Part shown: one piece after another, positions 35,748-44,590 of the stretch | Layout: the number at the start of each line of letters is the position of its first letter | Position numbering within the stretch: the stretch's first letter is position 1 | Program-made: the position numbers and the translations under genes | Notes under the pieces: model-generated | Database searches by the model: none | Seen by the model: the letters and a program-made list of their open reading frames with translations, nothing else | What the model was told of the DNA's origin: nothing | Source: a virus | Taxonomy: Duplodnaviria; Caudoviricetes | DNA: 51,512 nt | Strand: one strand, 5' to 3' | Virus record (IMG/VR): IMGVR_UViG_3300032318_001575 | Location: 1 to 51,512 of that record

Positions 35748-36445
35748 CAGTTCCACGATCCTTCCGGTATGCGCCCACGTCCAAGCCCCTGAAGGGTGGG
35801 GCCCGTCACATTGAGCTTCTTGCGTGTCCCATCGCGCGCGATGATCTTGCCCTTCTCGCGCTCGTACTCTTCATAACGCTGCGAGTAGTCCAGACCCTTG
35901 GCTTCCATCCAGCGCCAGGCCAGCGCAAGGGTGAGAAGATGCTCGGAAAGCCTTCCCGTGTCAGAGTCAGCCGCCCAAGCGCTCTGTGCCGTGCCGCCCG
36001 CAGACTGGCACCATTTATTGCTTACGTATTCATAGTAGATACTCTGCCCGGCCGCAGGCGCCGGCAGGAACCAGAAGGAATTGCCCCTGATCCTGTATTG
36101 TGACCATACCGTTGAAACCACATCCGCCTTCTGCGCCTGCCAGCTCTGCGCCGTTAGGGGGCCGAAAACGGGATCAGTCGTGGACCTGTTCCACAGTGTC
36201 TCGGATATGACCCGGTCAAGATCAGAGGGTATCGTGTGACCCGTCTGCTGCTCGGTTGCAACCGTGGTGAAAGATTGTTCCGTCACCAAGGCCTGCCAGT
36301 CATGCTCCCGCATCAACACGTCGCCAGCCATGTTGCACAAGGCGAGAAGCTGTCTCTGCGTCTCGCCCGTGTTGCTGTAGACCGTCGATGTTACAGGCAA
36401 ATTGAGCATGGCCTGCGCGCGGTTGACGATCGTGAGCAAGGACAT
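35747..36445 (-). CDS. Head-tail adaptor (tail tubular A / gp4-like)
   Basis: MSLLTIVNRA...L.REHDW..L; size and position. Confidence 0.75.
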   Translation of the reverse strand: MSLLTIVNRAQAMLNLPVTSTVYSNTGETQRQLLALCNMAGDVLMREHDWQALVTEQSFTTVATEQQTGHTIPSDLDRVISETLWNRSTTDPVFGPLTAQSWQAQKADVVSTVWSQYRIRGNSFWFLPAPAAGQSIYYEYVSNKWCQSAGGTAQSAWAADSDTGRLSEHLLTLALAWRWMEAKGLDYSQRYEEYEREKGKIIARDGTRKKLNVTGPTLQGLGRGRIPEGSWN

Positions 36446-36705
36446 CAGTAGCCACGACCCTTGTAACCGCTAGCTCCAAAGCCTTGCGCATTAGCGATGG
36501 CCTTGGATATGTCATCGCGCACGCTTACAGGCTTCTTGACACGCTTTCCGAGATCATCCCGGAATGCAGGAGGTATTGGCTTTACCACGCTGCGCGGCAA
36601 GTCCTGAAGCGTTCCCCTTCCTTGCAATGGGTAGAGCTTCATGCCCTTAGGCCGGAGTTGACCAGCATTGCCAGTCATTCCTCCGTAAGACCTCATCTTG
36701 TCCAT
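36445..36705 (-). CDS. Small basic protein with C-terminal SVRDDISKA motif
   Basis: GAGGGG RBS before ATG 36705; TGATG-coupled to the adaptor. Confidence 0.55.
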   Translation of the reverse strand: MDKMRSYGGMTGNAGQLRPKGMKLYPLQGRGTLQDLPRSVVKPIPPAFRDDLGKRVKKPVSVRDDISKAIANAQGFGASGYKGRGY

Positions 36706-36718
36706 GGGAAATACCCCT

Positions 36719-37072
36719 CTACGATGGCGTGCGCGGGATGCTGTGACAGACCGTCGGGCTGATGAAGACAACAGTCGCTGACGTGTTGTTGCTCATCGAA
36801 ACCGAGGTGGTTCCGTTAATGGTGGCACCCGTAGGCGGATAGATCGTTGCCGTCGCGCCGCTTGTGTTGATCAGCCGGAACGAGTCGCCTGAGTCCGAAG
36901 CGGGCAGGATTGCGCCACCCGTGCCACCCGTGAACAGGGTATTGCTCTGCGTGACCTGGCGCGCGTCCGTCGAGGAAGAACCAGCAATGGTGGTGGACTG
37001 CGTGAGGCCAACAGTAGCCTGCGCCGTAAGAGCCGGCGTGCCGGCAGACATGAGTGAGCGAATGCGAGTCAT
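36719..37072 (-). CDS. Small Thr/Ser-rich putative virion protein
   Basis: AAGGAG RBS; ILPA...IYPPTGATING motif. Confidence 0.65.
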   Translation of the reverse strand: MTRIRSLMSAGTPALTAQATVGLTQSTTIAGSSSTDARQVTQSNTLFTGGTGGAILPASDSGDSFRLINTSGATATIYPPTGATINGTTSVSMSNNTSATVVFISPTVCHSIPRTPS

Positions 37073-37075
37073 GGG

Positions 37076-37687
37076 TTACTCCTTCTTGAAAGTCTTTGCA
37101 TCGCCCTTGTCCTTCGGGCCGGCGATGAGTTGTTGAAGCTGGCCCTCCAGCATGGAAATGCGGTTGCGCAGATCCTTGTTCTCGATCTCAAGCTTTGCGA
37201 TTGGGGCCGCGCTCTTGGCGCTCTCGATGAATGCCCTCGCCTTCTCCCGCATGTCGCGCAGGCCAATCGCCCCAGGCTTGCTGATGGCCTCATCGGACAG
37301 GCTTGCAAGCTGCTGAACTGTGAATACGTTGATGTACTCCAGAGCCTTTGCCATCTCCCGCGGGATAACAGGCCAGAGCGTAAGAGGCACGCCATCGCCT
37401 ATCATGTCGGGGTTCACCTTGGTGGCCTTCCACCGGGCATAGGCGTCTGCGTATTGCTGCTTGATCGCGTCGGTCACGCGCTTCACGGGCGCATTGCCCC
37501 GATCGCCCGCAATCATGATTTCCACGTATTCGATGGTGCGAAACACGGGAAGACCATTCTGGTCAACCTGATCGGTCTTCACCATTTCCTCGTAGAACCG
37601 CGGCGTGACGTGCTGCATGTTCTCTTTCTTGGGCAACCGCTGCTGCAAGGCCACGCGGTCGTGCATTTCCAGACCCTCGAGGGACAT
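37076..37687 (-). CDS. Conserved podoviral head-module protein
   Basis: AAGGAG RBS; G.PL..WP...NVFTVQQLA.LSD; C-terminal coiled coil. Confidence 0.65.
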   Translation of the reverse strand: MSLEGLEMHDRVALQQRLPKKENMQHVTPRFYEEMVKTDQVDQNGLPVFRTIEYVEIMIAGDRGNAPVKRVTDAIKQQYADAYARWKATKVNPDMIGDGVPLTLWPVIPREMAKALEYINVFTVQQLASLSDEAISKPGAIGLRDMREKARAFIESAKSAAPIAKLEIENKDLRNRISMLEGQLQQLIAGPKDKGDAKTFKKE

Positions 37688-37746
37688 GGATTTCTCCTTC
37701 TTCAGATGACTTCCGCCGGAATTGGCGGAGTGGTCAGGATTTTTGA

Positions 37747-39822
37747 TTAGTTCAGGAAGCGAAGTTCCAATTCGTCCGCCCGCTCAAGAGGTGCGAACAC
37801 ATCATCGCGCATCAGGCGCGCAACCTTGCGGTATCCATGCTGGACCATGAACGCCTCAAGCAGACCCTCTGTTTTTGTGAGATGCTCAAGGCCCTTGTTC
37901 TCGCAGACAATAAGGGGAAGATCCCGGCGGATGGTCTTGGACGCACCCCAAAGCGCTGGTCCTTCCATCCCCTCAATGTCGAGATAGATCAGGTCGACAT
38001 TCTCCGGTTCTAACTCATCGAGAGCCACAACAGGAACCGTTGGAACCCCATCTGGGTCAAGACCAATAGAACCGCAGTTATTGTCATCACGCTCCGCAAG
38101 GGCAATCGAGCCAGCTTCTTGACCAAGAGCCATGTTGTGCGCGCACACGTTTTCATGTGTGACGTTCCTCATCAGGCATTTGAAATTGTCGGCATCCGGC
38201 TCAAAGGTAAGAACGGTCGAAAAACACTCCGCCATCTCTCTGGCAAAAATCCCGACATGACCACCAGCCTGGACCACTGTCCGCCGCTTGTTCTCCGGCA
38301 GGACACTCACGATCCGGTGAACCTTGTGAACCTCTCCCAGAACGGCCGGGACAGAGACACGATCGGCCGCCGGACGCCACAATCCGTCGAAGCGGACAAG
38401 ATTGCCCTCGATCTCAACCGGCTTGCTCCTGTCACGTGCCATGCACTGAGCCACGTGGCCTAGCATGCCGCCGCAGTGAACGTGGATCTCGCAGTCCATG
38501 CGCGCCAGCTCATCCGCCAGCCCCATGAAATCCTCAACCTGCCGCACCATCCATGGGGCAGCCCTGAAGCTTCGCCCTTCCACATTTATGTCAACGATCG
38601 GATCCGCATCGTTTTCAGGCTGGGAATAGGCGTGGTGGGTATCAGTTACGGAGGAGTCCATCCCGAACAAGTGAATGGTCTTGAAGCCAAGGGCATAGGC
38701 GCCGCACATGGCCTTTATGCCGATCGTGGTGCCGCCCCCTATGAGAGTTACCGGCCTCTTGTCGATAAACTCGTCACAAGTCGCCTCATGCCACAGGACA
38801 ACGTCTTTGCCGGCCGCTGCAAATGTCTCCGGCGCGCATTGTGACGCGAGATACTTTGTGACGCCGGGCACGACAAATGCAGCGTTCAGCGGCCGCGCAT
38901 CCACCATCCATTGGCCATCCAGCGGCACGCCTCGATCAAGCAGATACCGAGCCGCATTGTTCAGGGCCCAAATAACTTGCCCCGCCGCCGCTCGAGCCTT
39001 CAACTCCTCAACGTAATGCTCAAGCGAAGGGCCACCGCCAACAATGCAAACAACCTTTTCCGAAAGTGGGCGCTGTTGCAGTTCCGGCAATCCAAGACCA
39101 AGAGCGTGTTTCACGTTTGACCGCAGCGTTTCCATTTCAGTGTTGCACTGAACAATCAATTCAAGCGATCCAACGCCGCCAATCTTCCAAACGTCCGGCA
39201 CCCAGCCGTCATGCACATCATGGGGTCGTGGTTCCCCGTGAAACACGATAACCCGCGCACCTTTCGGCGGATGCTTGCCGCAATCCTTCTTGAAGCTGGC
39301 AAAGGAACCCGGAAACACGTCCTGCAGTAATTCACCCGACGCGTGACGCTCAATCCACGCCTGGTCACCGCCCAAGTCATGGGTTGGGAACCCGGCTAAA
39401 ACGTATCTGTCCCAGATGTGGTGACCAAATCCAGAGCGCCAGAGCATCACTGATGATTGATAGCCATCGGGGCGATAGAAATCCCGCAGGATCGCAAACT
39501 CACCGTCCCACACGGCCAAATCATCAAGGGGCCCAATAACCAGCGTGTCCAGATCCAAAAACAGGATCCGGTCTCCAGCAGGGAATAGGCCCTCTGCGAA
39601 CAAGTAGAGCTTTGACCACCAGCCTTGCAGGAACCCAGGAACTTTTCTCACCACAACGTCGGGGTGATAGCCAAGGTCGAAATCATCGGTGAAGCAGACA
39701 AACGATCCAGCAAGTCCCGCCGGCAAGTTGCGCCTTACCATGTCGTACAGATTGTTGACGTATTCAGCGCCGCGCCCGAGGTAGTTACCCTTCTGGACGC
39801 AAACGATGTGGAGCATTTGCAT
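37747..39822 (-). CDS. Three-domain enzyme: GT-A glycosyltransferase + Maf/DUF115-like domain + FkbM-family methyltransferase
   Basis: FVCFTDD/WWSKL/FLDLD/GDQ; IVGGGPSL...IHLFGMDSS; VQAGGHVG...FEPD...LDIEG.E. Confidence 0.8.
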   Translation of the reverse strand: MQMLHIVCVQKGNYLGRGAEYVNNLYDMVRRNLPAGLAGSFVCFTDDFDLGYHPDVVVRKVPGFLQGWWSKLYLFAEGLFPAGDRILFLDLDTLVIGPLDDLAVWDGEFAILRDFYRPDGYQSSVMLWRSGFGHHIWDRYVLAGFPTHDLGGDQAWIERHASGELLQDVFPGSFASFKKDCGKHPPKGARVIVFHGEPRPHDVHDGWVPDVWKIGGVGSLELIVQCNTEMETLRSNVKHALGLGLPELQQRPLSEKVVCIVGGGPSLEHYVEELKARAAAGQVIWALNNAARYLLDRGVPLDGQWMVDARPLNAAFVVPGVTKYLASQCAPETFAAAGKDVVLWHEATCDEFIDKRPVTLIGGGTTIGIKAMCGAYALGFKTIHLFGMDSSVTDTHHAYSQPENDADPIVDINVEGRSFRAAPWMVRQVEDFMGLADELARMDCEIHVHCGGMLGHVAQCMARDRSKPVEIEGNLVRFDGLWRPAADRVSVPAVLGEVHKVHRIVSVLPENKRRTVVQAGGHVGIFAREMAECFSTVLTFEPDADNFKCLMRNVTHENVCAHNMALGQEAGSIALAERDDNNCGSIGLDPDGVPTVPVVALDELEPENVDLIYLDIEGMEGPALWGASKTIRRDLPLIVCENKGLEHLTKTEGLLEAFMVQHGYRKVARLMRDDVFAPLERADELELRFLN

Positions 39823-39825
39823 TGA

Positions 39826-40020
39826 TTAGCTTTGCCTTCTTGCCGCCCACATATTGTCGATCAGGTTTGGATAGGGTCGATCCGCATTGGCTGCCCTTGC
39901 CCGCGCTGCCGCCTTGTCATCAGCCGAAAGGCTCTTGCTCGTCTTCTTTGGGTTTGGCTGATCCCAGACAGGCTTTGCAATCGCTCGGTTGATGTCCTTG
40001 CGGATACTGTCCGAACCCAT
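39826..40020 (-). CDS. Small basic protein with N-terminal SIRKDINRA motif
   Basis: Tightly packed ORF; RPYPNLIDNMWAAR. Confidence 0.65.
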   Translation of the reverse strand: MGSDSIRKDINRAIAKPVWDQPNPKKTSKSLSADDKAAARARAANADRPYPNLIDNMWAARRQS

Positions 40021-40021
40021 C

Positions 40022-40306
40022 TCAGCAATCCCACTTTCTCAAGGCCTTGTTGATCCGGCTGTCGGGATCATTTGCCGTTGCGGCCGATGTCAGCTTTTTC
40101 TTCATGCCGCCCATGCGAGCGCAAAAGGATCGCTTCCGCGGGCCGCCTTCTGGCTGTGGGGCCTTAAGTTTGCCGCCCGTTTCCCGGTTGTATGATGCCC
40201 GTCCTTTGGCATTCAGGCCTCCAGACGGGTTCTTACCTTCCGCACGCTGCCACGCCGGCGTCATCGCCCGCTCAATGTCTCTTCGAACGCTGCCGCTCGT
40301 GGCCAT
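40022..40306 (-). CDS. Small basic protein (DUF6321-like) with N-terminal SVRRDIERA motif
   Basis: GGLNAKGRASYN...RKRSFCARM...SRINKALRKWDC. Confidence 0.7.
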   Translation of the reverse strand: MATSGSVRRDIERAMTPAWQRAEGKNPSGGLNAKGRASYNRETGGKLKAPQPEGGPRKRSFCARMGGMKKKLTSAATANDPDSRINKALRKWDC

Positions 40307-40325
40307 GTCATGTTACCTTGTGGTT

Positions 40326-40351
40326 AAAGGGGCGAGCCTAAGCCCGCCCCC
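40326..40351 (-). terminator. Hairpin after the capsid/decoration genes
   Basis: GGGGCGGGC-TTAG-GCTCGCCCC followed by a short T run. Confidence 0.5.
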
Positions 40352-40357
40352 TCAAAC

Positions 40358-40864
40358 TTACGTAGCAGTCTCGATGGACGGACGGTTGATAAGAACCGTT
40401 ACCGTCGAGGTGCCAGAGGCCACCGTGGCGAGGTTGGCACTGCGCGCGCCAACAATGCCCTTGCCCGTCGAAGCCGTCACGTAGACGCGACCAGCCGTGC
40501 CGGACAGCCAGATGCCAGACTGCGGTGTAACCGCAACCGCGGTCTTCTTGATAACCGCAAGGCCCTGGATCTGGTACCAGCCGTACTGGCTGGCCACGTT
40601 CGCCGACATGGCCACCGCAACCGGAGGTCCGTCCGTGGTGCCGTTGGTCGGTGCAAGCGCGGTCTGGAACGTGGTCGCGTTGTACGTGACCAGTGAGCCC
40701 ACTTCCGTGCTGGCAACGCCTAACAGGTAGATGAACTCGCCGCCTCCCAGAGACGTAAGGTGCCGCGCGCGGACAATCGTGCCGAGCGGATGCTGCGCCG
40801 TGGTCTCGGTGGAGGCAATGTCCTGACCACCAATCAGGGTGTCAGTGATAATGAACTTCGTCAT
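40358..40864 (-). CDS. Capsid decoration/cement protein
   Basis: Follows MCP; GGGEFIYL.GVAST.VG, QYGWYQIQG. Confidence 0.7.
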   Translation of the reverse strand: MTKFIITDTLIGGQDIASTETTAQHPLGTIVRARHLTSLGGGEFIYLLGVASTEVGSLVTYNATTFQTALAPTNGTTDGPPVAVAMSANVASQYGWYQIQGLAVIKKTAVAVTPQSGIWLSGTAGRVYVTASTGKGIVGARSANLATVASGTSTVTVLINRPSIETAT

Positions 40865-40880
40865 GTGTGCATCCCCCCTA

Positions 40881-41595
40881 TCAAGCGACAATGACGCCCT
40901 GCAGCGAGCGATTGCTGCAGGTCATGTTGCCGGCCCATCCGATCAGCTTCACCATGGCGTCCTGATTGACGCTGAAGCGGTCCGGGTTCATCGGGACCAT
41001 GTTGCGGTCACGATGCGGACGGAACTTGATGTAGTTGGTGTTAAGGAAATACATGTGGGCCGCCGGCGCCGTGCCGGAGAAGCCACCGTCAAAGACAACG
41101 TCCGCGCCCATGAACTTCAGGGTCTGGAAGCCTGCCGAGGCAAGATTGTCGTTGGTGACGCGCTGAATTGCCTGCAGCGACTTCCAGTAGAAGCCGAAGT
41201 AGGTGTTGTCAGCAACGATCAGGTCAACCGCATCGCGGTTGCGGCTTGTGGCCAGGTAGAGCGAGTTCATCGCGTCCTGGATCGTCAGGGCAGATGCCGA
41301 GACGCCATTGGCGCTGAAGTCGTAGACCTGGTTCTGCCAGAACGGATAGGTGGTGGAGTTGATACCCCCAACCGTACCAGTTCCCGCGTCAGAGACCAAA
41401 AGCTGAAGACCGCCGATCTGCTTGCCACCCGTACCCGTGCCGTCCGAATAGACGCCCGTGCTCAGGTTATTGAGCATGGTCTTTTCGGCGTTCTTGATGC
41501 GGGCTTCAAGCAGGTCAATGACCTTCTCGCGGCCGGAGTTCTTCAGCAGCTCGAGACCGTTGATCTTCACGGCAACGGCGCACTGTTTCCAATCG
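40881..41595 (-). CDS. Major capsid protein, exon 2
   Basis: DWKQCAVAV.INGLE..KNSG.EKVIDLLEARI.NAE...YFLNTNYI...GNMTCSNR; joins exon 1 in frame. Confidence 0.9.
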
Positions 41596-42474
41596 CTTGG
41601 ACCCCACAATCTTTCGAAAGTGGCTGGACTATACCTTCACCCGATTAACGGGGCATCGTTACTAGTCTCTGAGGCTTGTCGATAGCTCATACACGCGAGA
41701 AGTTTTTTCTGCTTCCGCCTTGCCACGAAATAGCAACCAGCGTCTGAAAACGCTGACGCATTAACTTGGAATCGATGCAAAGAGCGGTATGCGCCCTTTG
41801 TCGAGGTTCCAATGGTTCCAACCTTGGCTCCGATTGATTGCAGGATAGACGCCGCGCCCTCAACAATTGGGCGCTCGTTCATCCCAAACCCGACAGTCCA
41901 CCTCGAATAATTTTCAAAGTCTCGTTGCGATATGTACCCGTCAGTGTCCATGAGACCAGCGATCAACGACCGTTTGGTTTCATCATCTGCCGTGTAATAC
42001 CACTCCGGTATCCTTGATTTCATCAACGTGCAGACAGCCAGAAAATCAAACACCTCGCGGCTACATGCCGTCAAGTTATGAAAATCCCGGCCACTCTTGA
42101 GCTTGCGCGTAAAGATTGGATGCTTCTTGCCAAAGCATTTTTCAATCTCGCTCTGCACCCGCTCCAGCGTCTCAATGTCTAGAGAGCCGAACCGGACCGA
42201 GCATTGCACATACACCCTGTCTGTCTTGAGCCTTGGCACTGAGCCTGCCTTGCGAATTCTCGTGTTGGCGCTCAGTGAACCGTCACCGAGAAGATTGCCT
42301 ATCGTGTAGGCCAACCCCCGGTACATTTCGTCTGTGTTGTCTATCAACATTATCCCTGCTGATTGTCCAATCCGTTGCGTTTTTCCTCTTTGGGAGCAAC
42401 GGCTCTAAGGATGTTCCAGCATATATCGATGTTTTTGTTCGATCAATTTCTTGATCGAGGAGTCCGATTAGTTA
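41596..42474 (-). ncRNA. Group I self-splicing intron (879 nt) in the major capsid gene
   Basis: P ATATGCTGGAA, Q AATCAGCAG, R TCAGAGACTA, S AAGGTATAGTCC; IGS AATCG-GACTCC pairs with exon1 GGAGTT (U.G) and exon2 CGATT; terminal G. Confidence 0.9.
41637..42350 (-). CDS. Intron-encoded two-motif LAGLIDADG homing endonuclease
   Basis: LAYTIGNLLGDGS and LIAGLMDTDG motifs. Confidence 0.88.
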   Translation of the reverse strand: MLIDNTDEMYRGLAYTIGNLLGDGSLSANTRIRKAGSVPRLKTDRVYVQCSVRFGSLDIETLERVQSEIEKCFGKKHPIFTRKLKSGRDFHNLTACSREVFDFLAVCTLMKSRIPEWYYTADDETKRSLIAGLMDTDGYISQRDFENYSRWTVGFGMNERPIVEGAASILQSIGAKVGTIGTSTKGAYRSLHRFQVNASAFSDAGCYFVARRKQKKLLACMSYRQASETSNDAPLIG

Positions 42475-42725
42475 AACTCCGCCGCCGTGAACACGTCCGA
42501 GTTCATGACGTTCAGCGTTTCATCGCCGCTGTAGTACATGAACGTGGAGTTTTCGGCGTATTCAAGCTCCTCAACGATGGAGCGGCCGCCGGAGACAGGA
42601 GATACGTTTTCACGCTCCTGCAGGCGGGAAAGAAGAGCAATGTTCTTGCTCATGTTGTCACGGAGCTTGCCGCTGCGATAGCGCAAGGTGGTCGTGACAA
42701 TTTCGTCCAAACCGGGACTGGGCAT
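42475..42725 (-). CDS. Major capsid protein, exon 1
   Basis: GAGG RBS; MPSPGLDEIVTTTL...SGG.SI.EELEY...DVFTAAEF; spliced product 321 aa. Confidence 0.9.
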
Positions 42726-42752
42726 TGTCTTTTACCTCAATGGTTGTTGATG

Positions 42753-43829
42753 TCAGATAAGGCCTGCCGACGCCGCTTCGAGAAGCTGGCGCGTTGACAT
42801 GCCTTCGGTGGATTGCTCGCCGTACATGGAAGACGCCCCCGTGATGCTGGACGACGCCATACGGGCCTGCTCCGCACGCTGTCGCATCAGCCTGTTATCC
42901 CGCGCACGGGACTGGGCAAGTAGCTTGGAGCGCGTATATGGATTGGCCCACTTGGCAGTTTCATAAGCCTCATGGAGTGTCTGGGCGCGGCCGGTCTCAA
43001 TAAGCGCCGACATATCTTCTTCAAGCTGGTTGAAGTATGGATAGAGCGGCTTGCCGTCAGGACCGACCTGGCTGGCGAAGTTGTCGATTTGCCCATTCGT
43101 TTCCTGAAACGTTTGGGCGTATTGCTGTTGCTGGGCAACTTGCTGCGCGTAGGCTTGAGCCTGGCTGGTGTAGTTCAACTGCTGTTGAACGCCGGCAAGC
43201 TGCTGCTGCAACGCAGCCACTTGCGGGTCGATGTACTCCTCCTGCGCCGGTTGGGCGATGGCTTGGAGATCGACGCCGCGAAGATTGGCGAAATACCTGA
43301 TAAATTCCTGAGGGCTCTTGGTGGCATAGTCGGACAGCGCAATTAGCTGCTGCATGGCCTGCGCCGGACCCATGCCGTTAAGCGCCCACTGTTGAACGTG
43401 AGGGGCTATTACCCGCTCCAATTCCTGATAGCCCTGCCGGACGCGAGAGATTTCCTGCGTCTTGCGGGTGTAGTCCGCCATCATGTGGCGGGCGCGATCA
43501 AGATAGGCGTGCTGGAGTTCAGGGGGCAGTTCGCGGAAGAAGGCCTGCTCCTGCTGCGGCCAGTTGGGTGGAGGATCAATGGGGGCTGGACCGTCGTCCT
43601 CGTCCTCGTCCTCTTCGTCTTCCTCGTCTTCCCCTGCTAACTCTTGCTCTTCCTCGTCCCCGTCTTCATCGCCATCCGGATCCTCTTCGTCATCAGGGCC
43701 AGCGTCATCGGATGCCTCGAGGCTTTCATCATCGTCCTCATCCTCGGGGGCTTCGATGTCAGGGGCATAATTCTCGTCATCGCCAGCCATTACATCAAAC
43801 TCTTCGGTAGCATCATAGACATCAGGCAT
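42753..43829 (-). CDS. Capsid scaffolding protein
   Basis: Very acidic N-terminus, PPPNW...ADYTRKTQE, helical; directly upstream of MCP. Confidence 0.8.
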   Translation of the reverse strand: MPDVYDATEEFDVMAGDDENYAPDIEAPEDEDDDESLEASDDAGPDDEEDPDGDEDGDEEEQELAGEDEEDEEDEDEDDGPAPIDPPPNWPQQEQAFFRELPPELQHAYLDRARHMMADYTRKTQEISRVRQGYQELERVIAPHVQQWALNGMGPAQAMQQLIALSDYATKSPQEFIRYFANLRGVDLQAIAQPAQEEYIDPQVAALQQQLAGVQQQLNYTSQAQAYAQQVAQQQQYAQTFQETNGQIDNFASQVGPDGKPLYPYFNQLEEDMSALIETGRAQTLHEAYETAKWANPYTRSKLLAQSRARDNRLMRQRAEQARMASSSITGASSMYGEQSTEGMSTRQLLEAASAGLI

Positions 43830-43885
43830 GAGGTAGGCTCCGTTTCGAGGTTTGGGTTACTCGTTTCCCGTCGCGTTACCGCGAC

Positions 43886-43910
43886 AACAAAAAACCGCCC
43901 CTGAGGGCGG
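43886..43910 (-). terminator. Intrinsic terminator upstream of the scaffold gene
   Basis: CCGCCC-TCAG-GGGCGG-TTTTTTGTT on the minus strand. Confidence 0.7.
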
Positions 43911-43958
43911 CTTTGAAAGAATGCTTTTAATGACTAGTGAGTGACCGGACTCCCGCGC

Positions 43959-44276
43959 CTACCCTCTGTACCCAAGTTGATCCATGACCCGCTTGATGTC
44001 CGCAGATGGCGGCGGTGGCGGCTGGTAGGTCTGCTGCACCTTCTCGTTACCGACCTCTACCAAGCCGCGGGAGCGGAGAAACTCGCGATGCTGCCGGCGC
44101 CCGCCGATCACCTTGCCGTCAACAATGTTCCGGTAAGGCTGCATGTCGCCCATGATCTGGGTTGATTTGCCGTTTGCCTCATCCCGCCGGCGGTAGTGAC
44201 CAAGGCAGACAGAAGGCCAAGGCTCTTCCATGTCGTGCCAACCCTTGCACACGTCACAATGTCTTGAACGTGCCAT
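43959..44276 (-). CDS. Conserved head-module protein (CxxC)
   Basis: DMQPY...DGKVI..RRQHREFL.....EVGNE. Confidence 0.65.
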   Translation of the reverse strand: MARSRHCDVCKGWHDMEEPWPSVCLGHYRRRDEANGKSTQIMGDMQPYRNIVDGKVIGGRRQHREFLRSRGLVEVGNEKVQQTYQPPPPPSADIKRVMDQLGYRG

Positions 44277-44590
44277 TACCGCCTACGCTTTTTCAGCTCT
44301 GGCTTTACATATCCTTCAAGCCCTGCGATTGTTCCGCCACCACCAGCAACGCTGCCGACAAGGCCTGCAGGGAGCGCCCTCCTGTCAGCCCTTTCAAGGG
44401 CCGCAATGTCTGCGGCATTTAGTTTTTGATTGTTTTTCAACTTTCTAAAAGCCTTACGTGCGCCAACACTCGCTAAAGCAAGGCCGCCAATGGCGCCGGT
44501 GAGCACCCCCCCCGCAGCTAGTGCTGGGGATGCATCATCAAGCGCCTTCTCAAAAACGTCTTGGTTATCTTCTGGTTTCTCAGCCATCAC
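44276..44590 (-). CDS. Glycine-zipper accessory protein (paralog family)
   Basis: DVFEKALD, GGVLTGAIGGLALASVG, basic linker, second zipper, ends KKRRR. Confidence 0.75.
   Translation of the reverse strand: MMAEKPEDNQDVFEKALDDASPALAAGGVLTGAIGGLALASVGARKAFRKLKNNQKLNAADIAALERADRRALPAGLVGSVAGGGGTIAGLEGYVKPELKKRRR

Noticed and set aside
41637-42350. Intein in the capsid protein, or a dead split capsid gene
   Set aside because: An in-frame stop follows exon 1 and there are no Cys/His-Asn splice residues, whereas group I core elements and guide pairings restore the frame exactly
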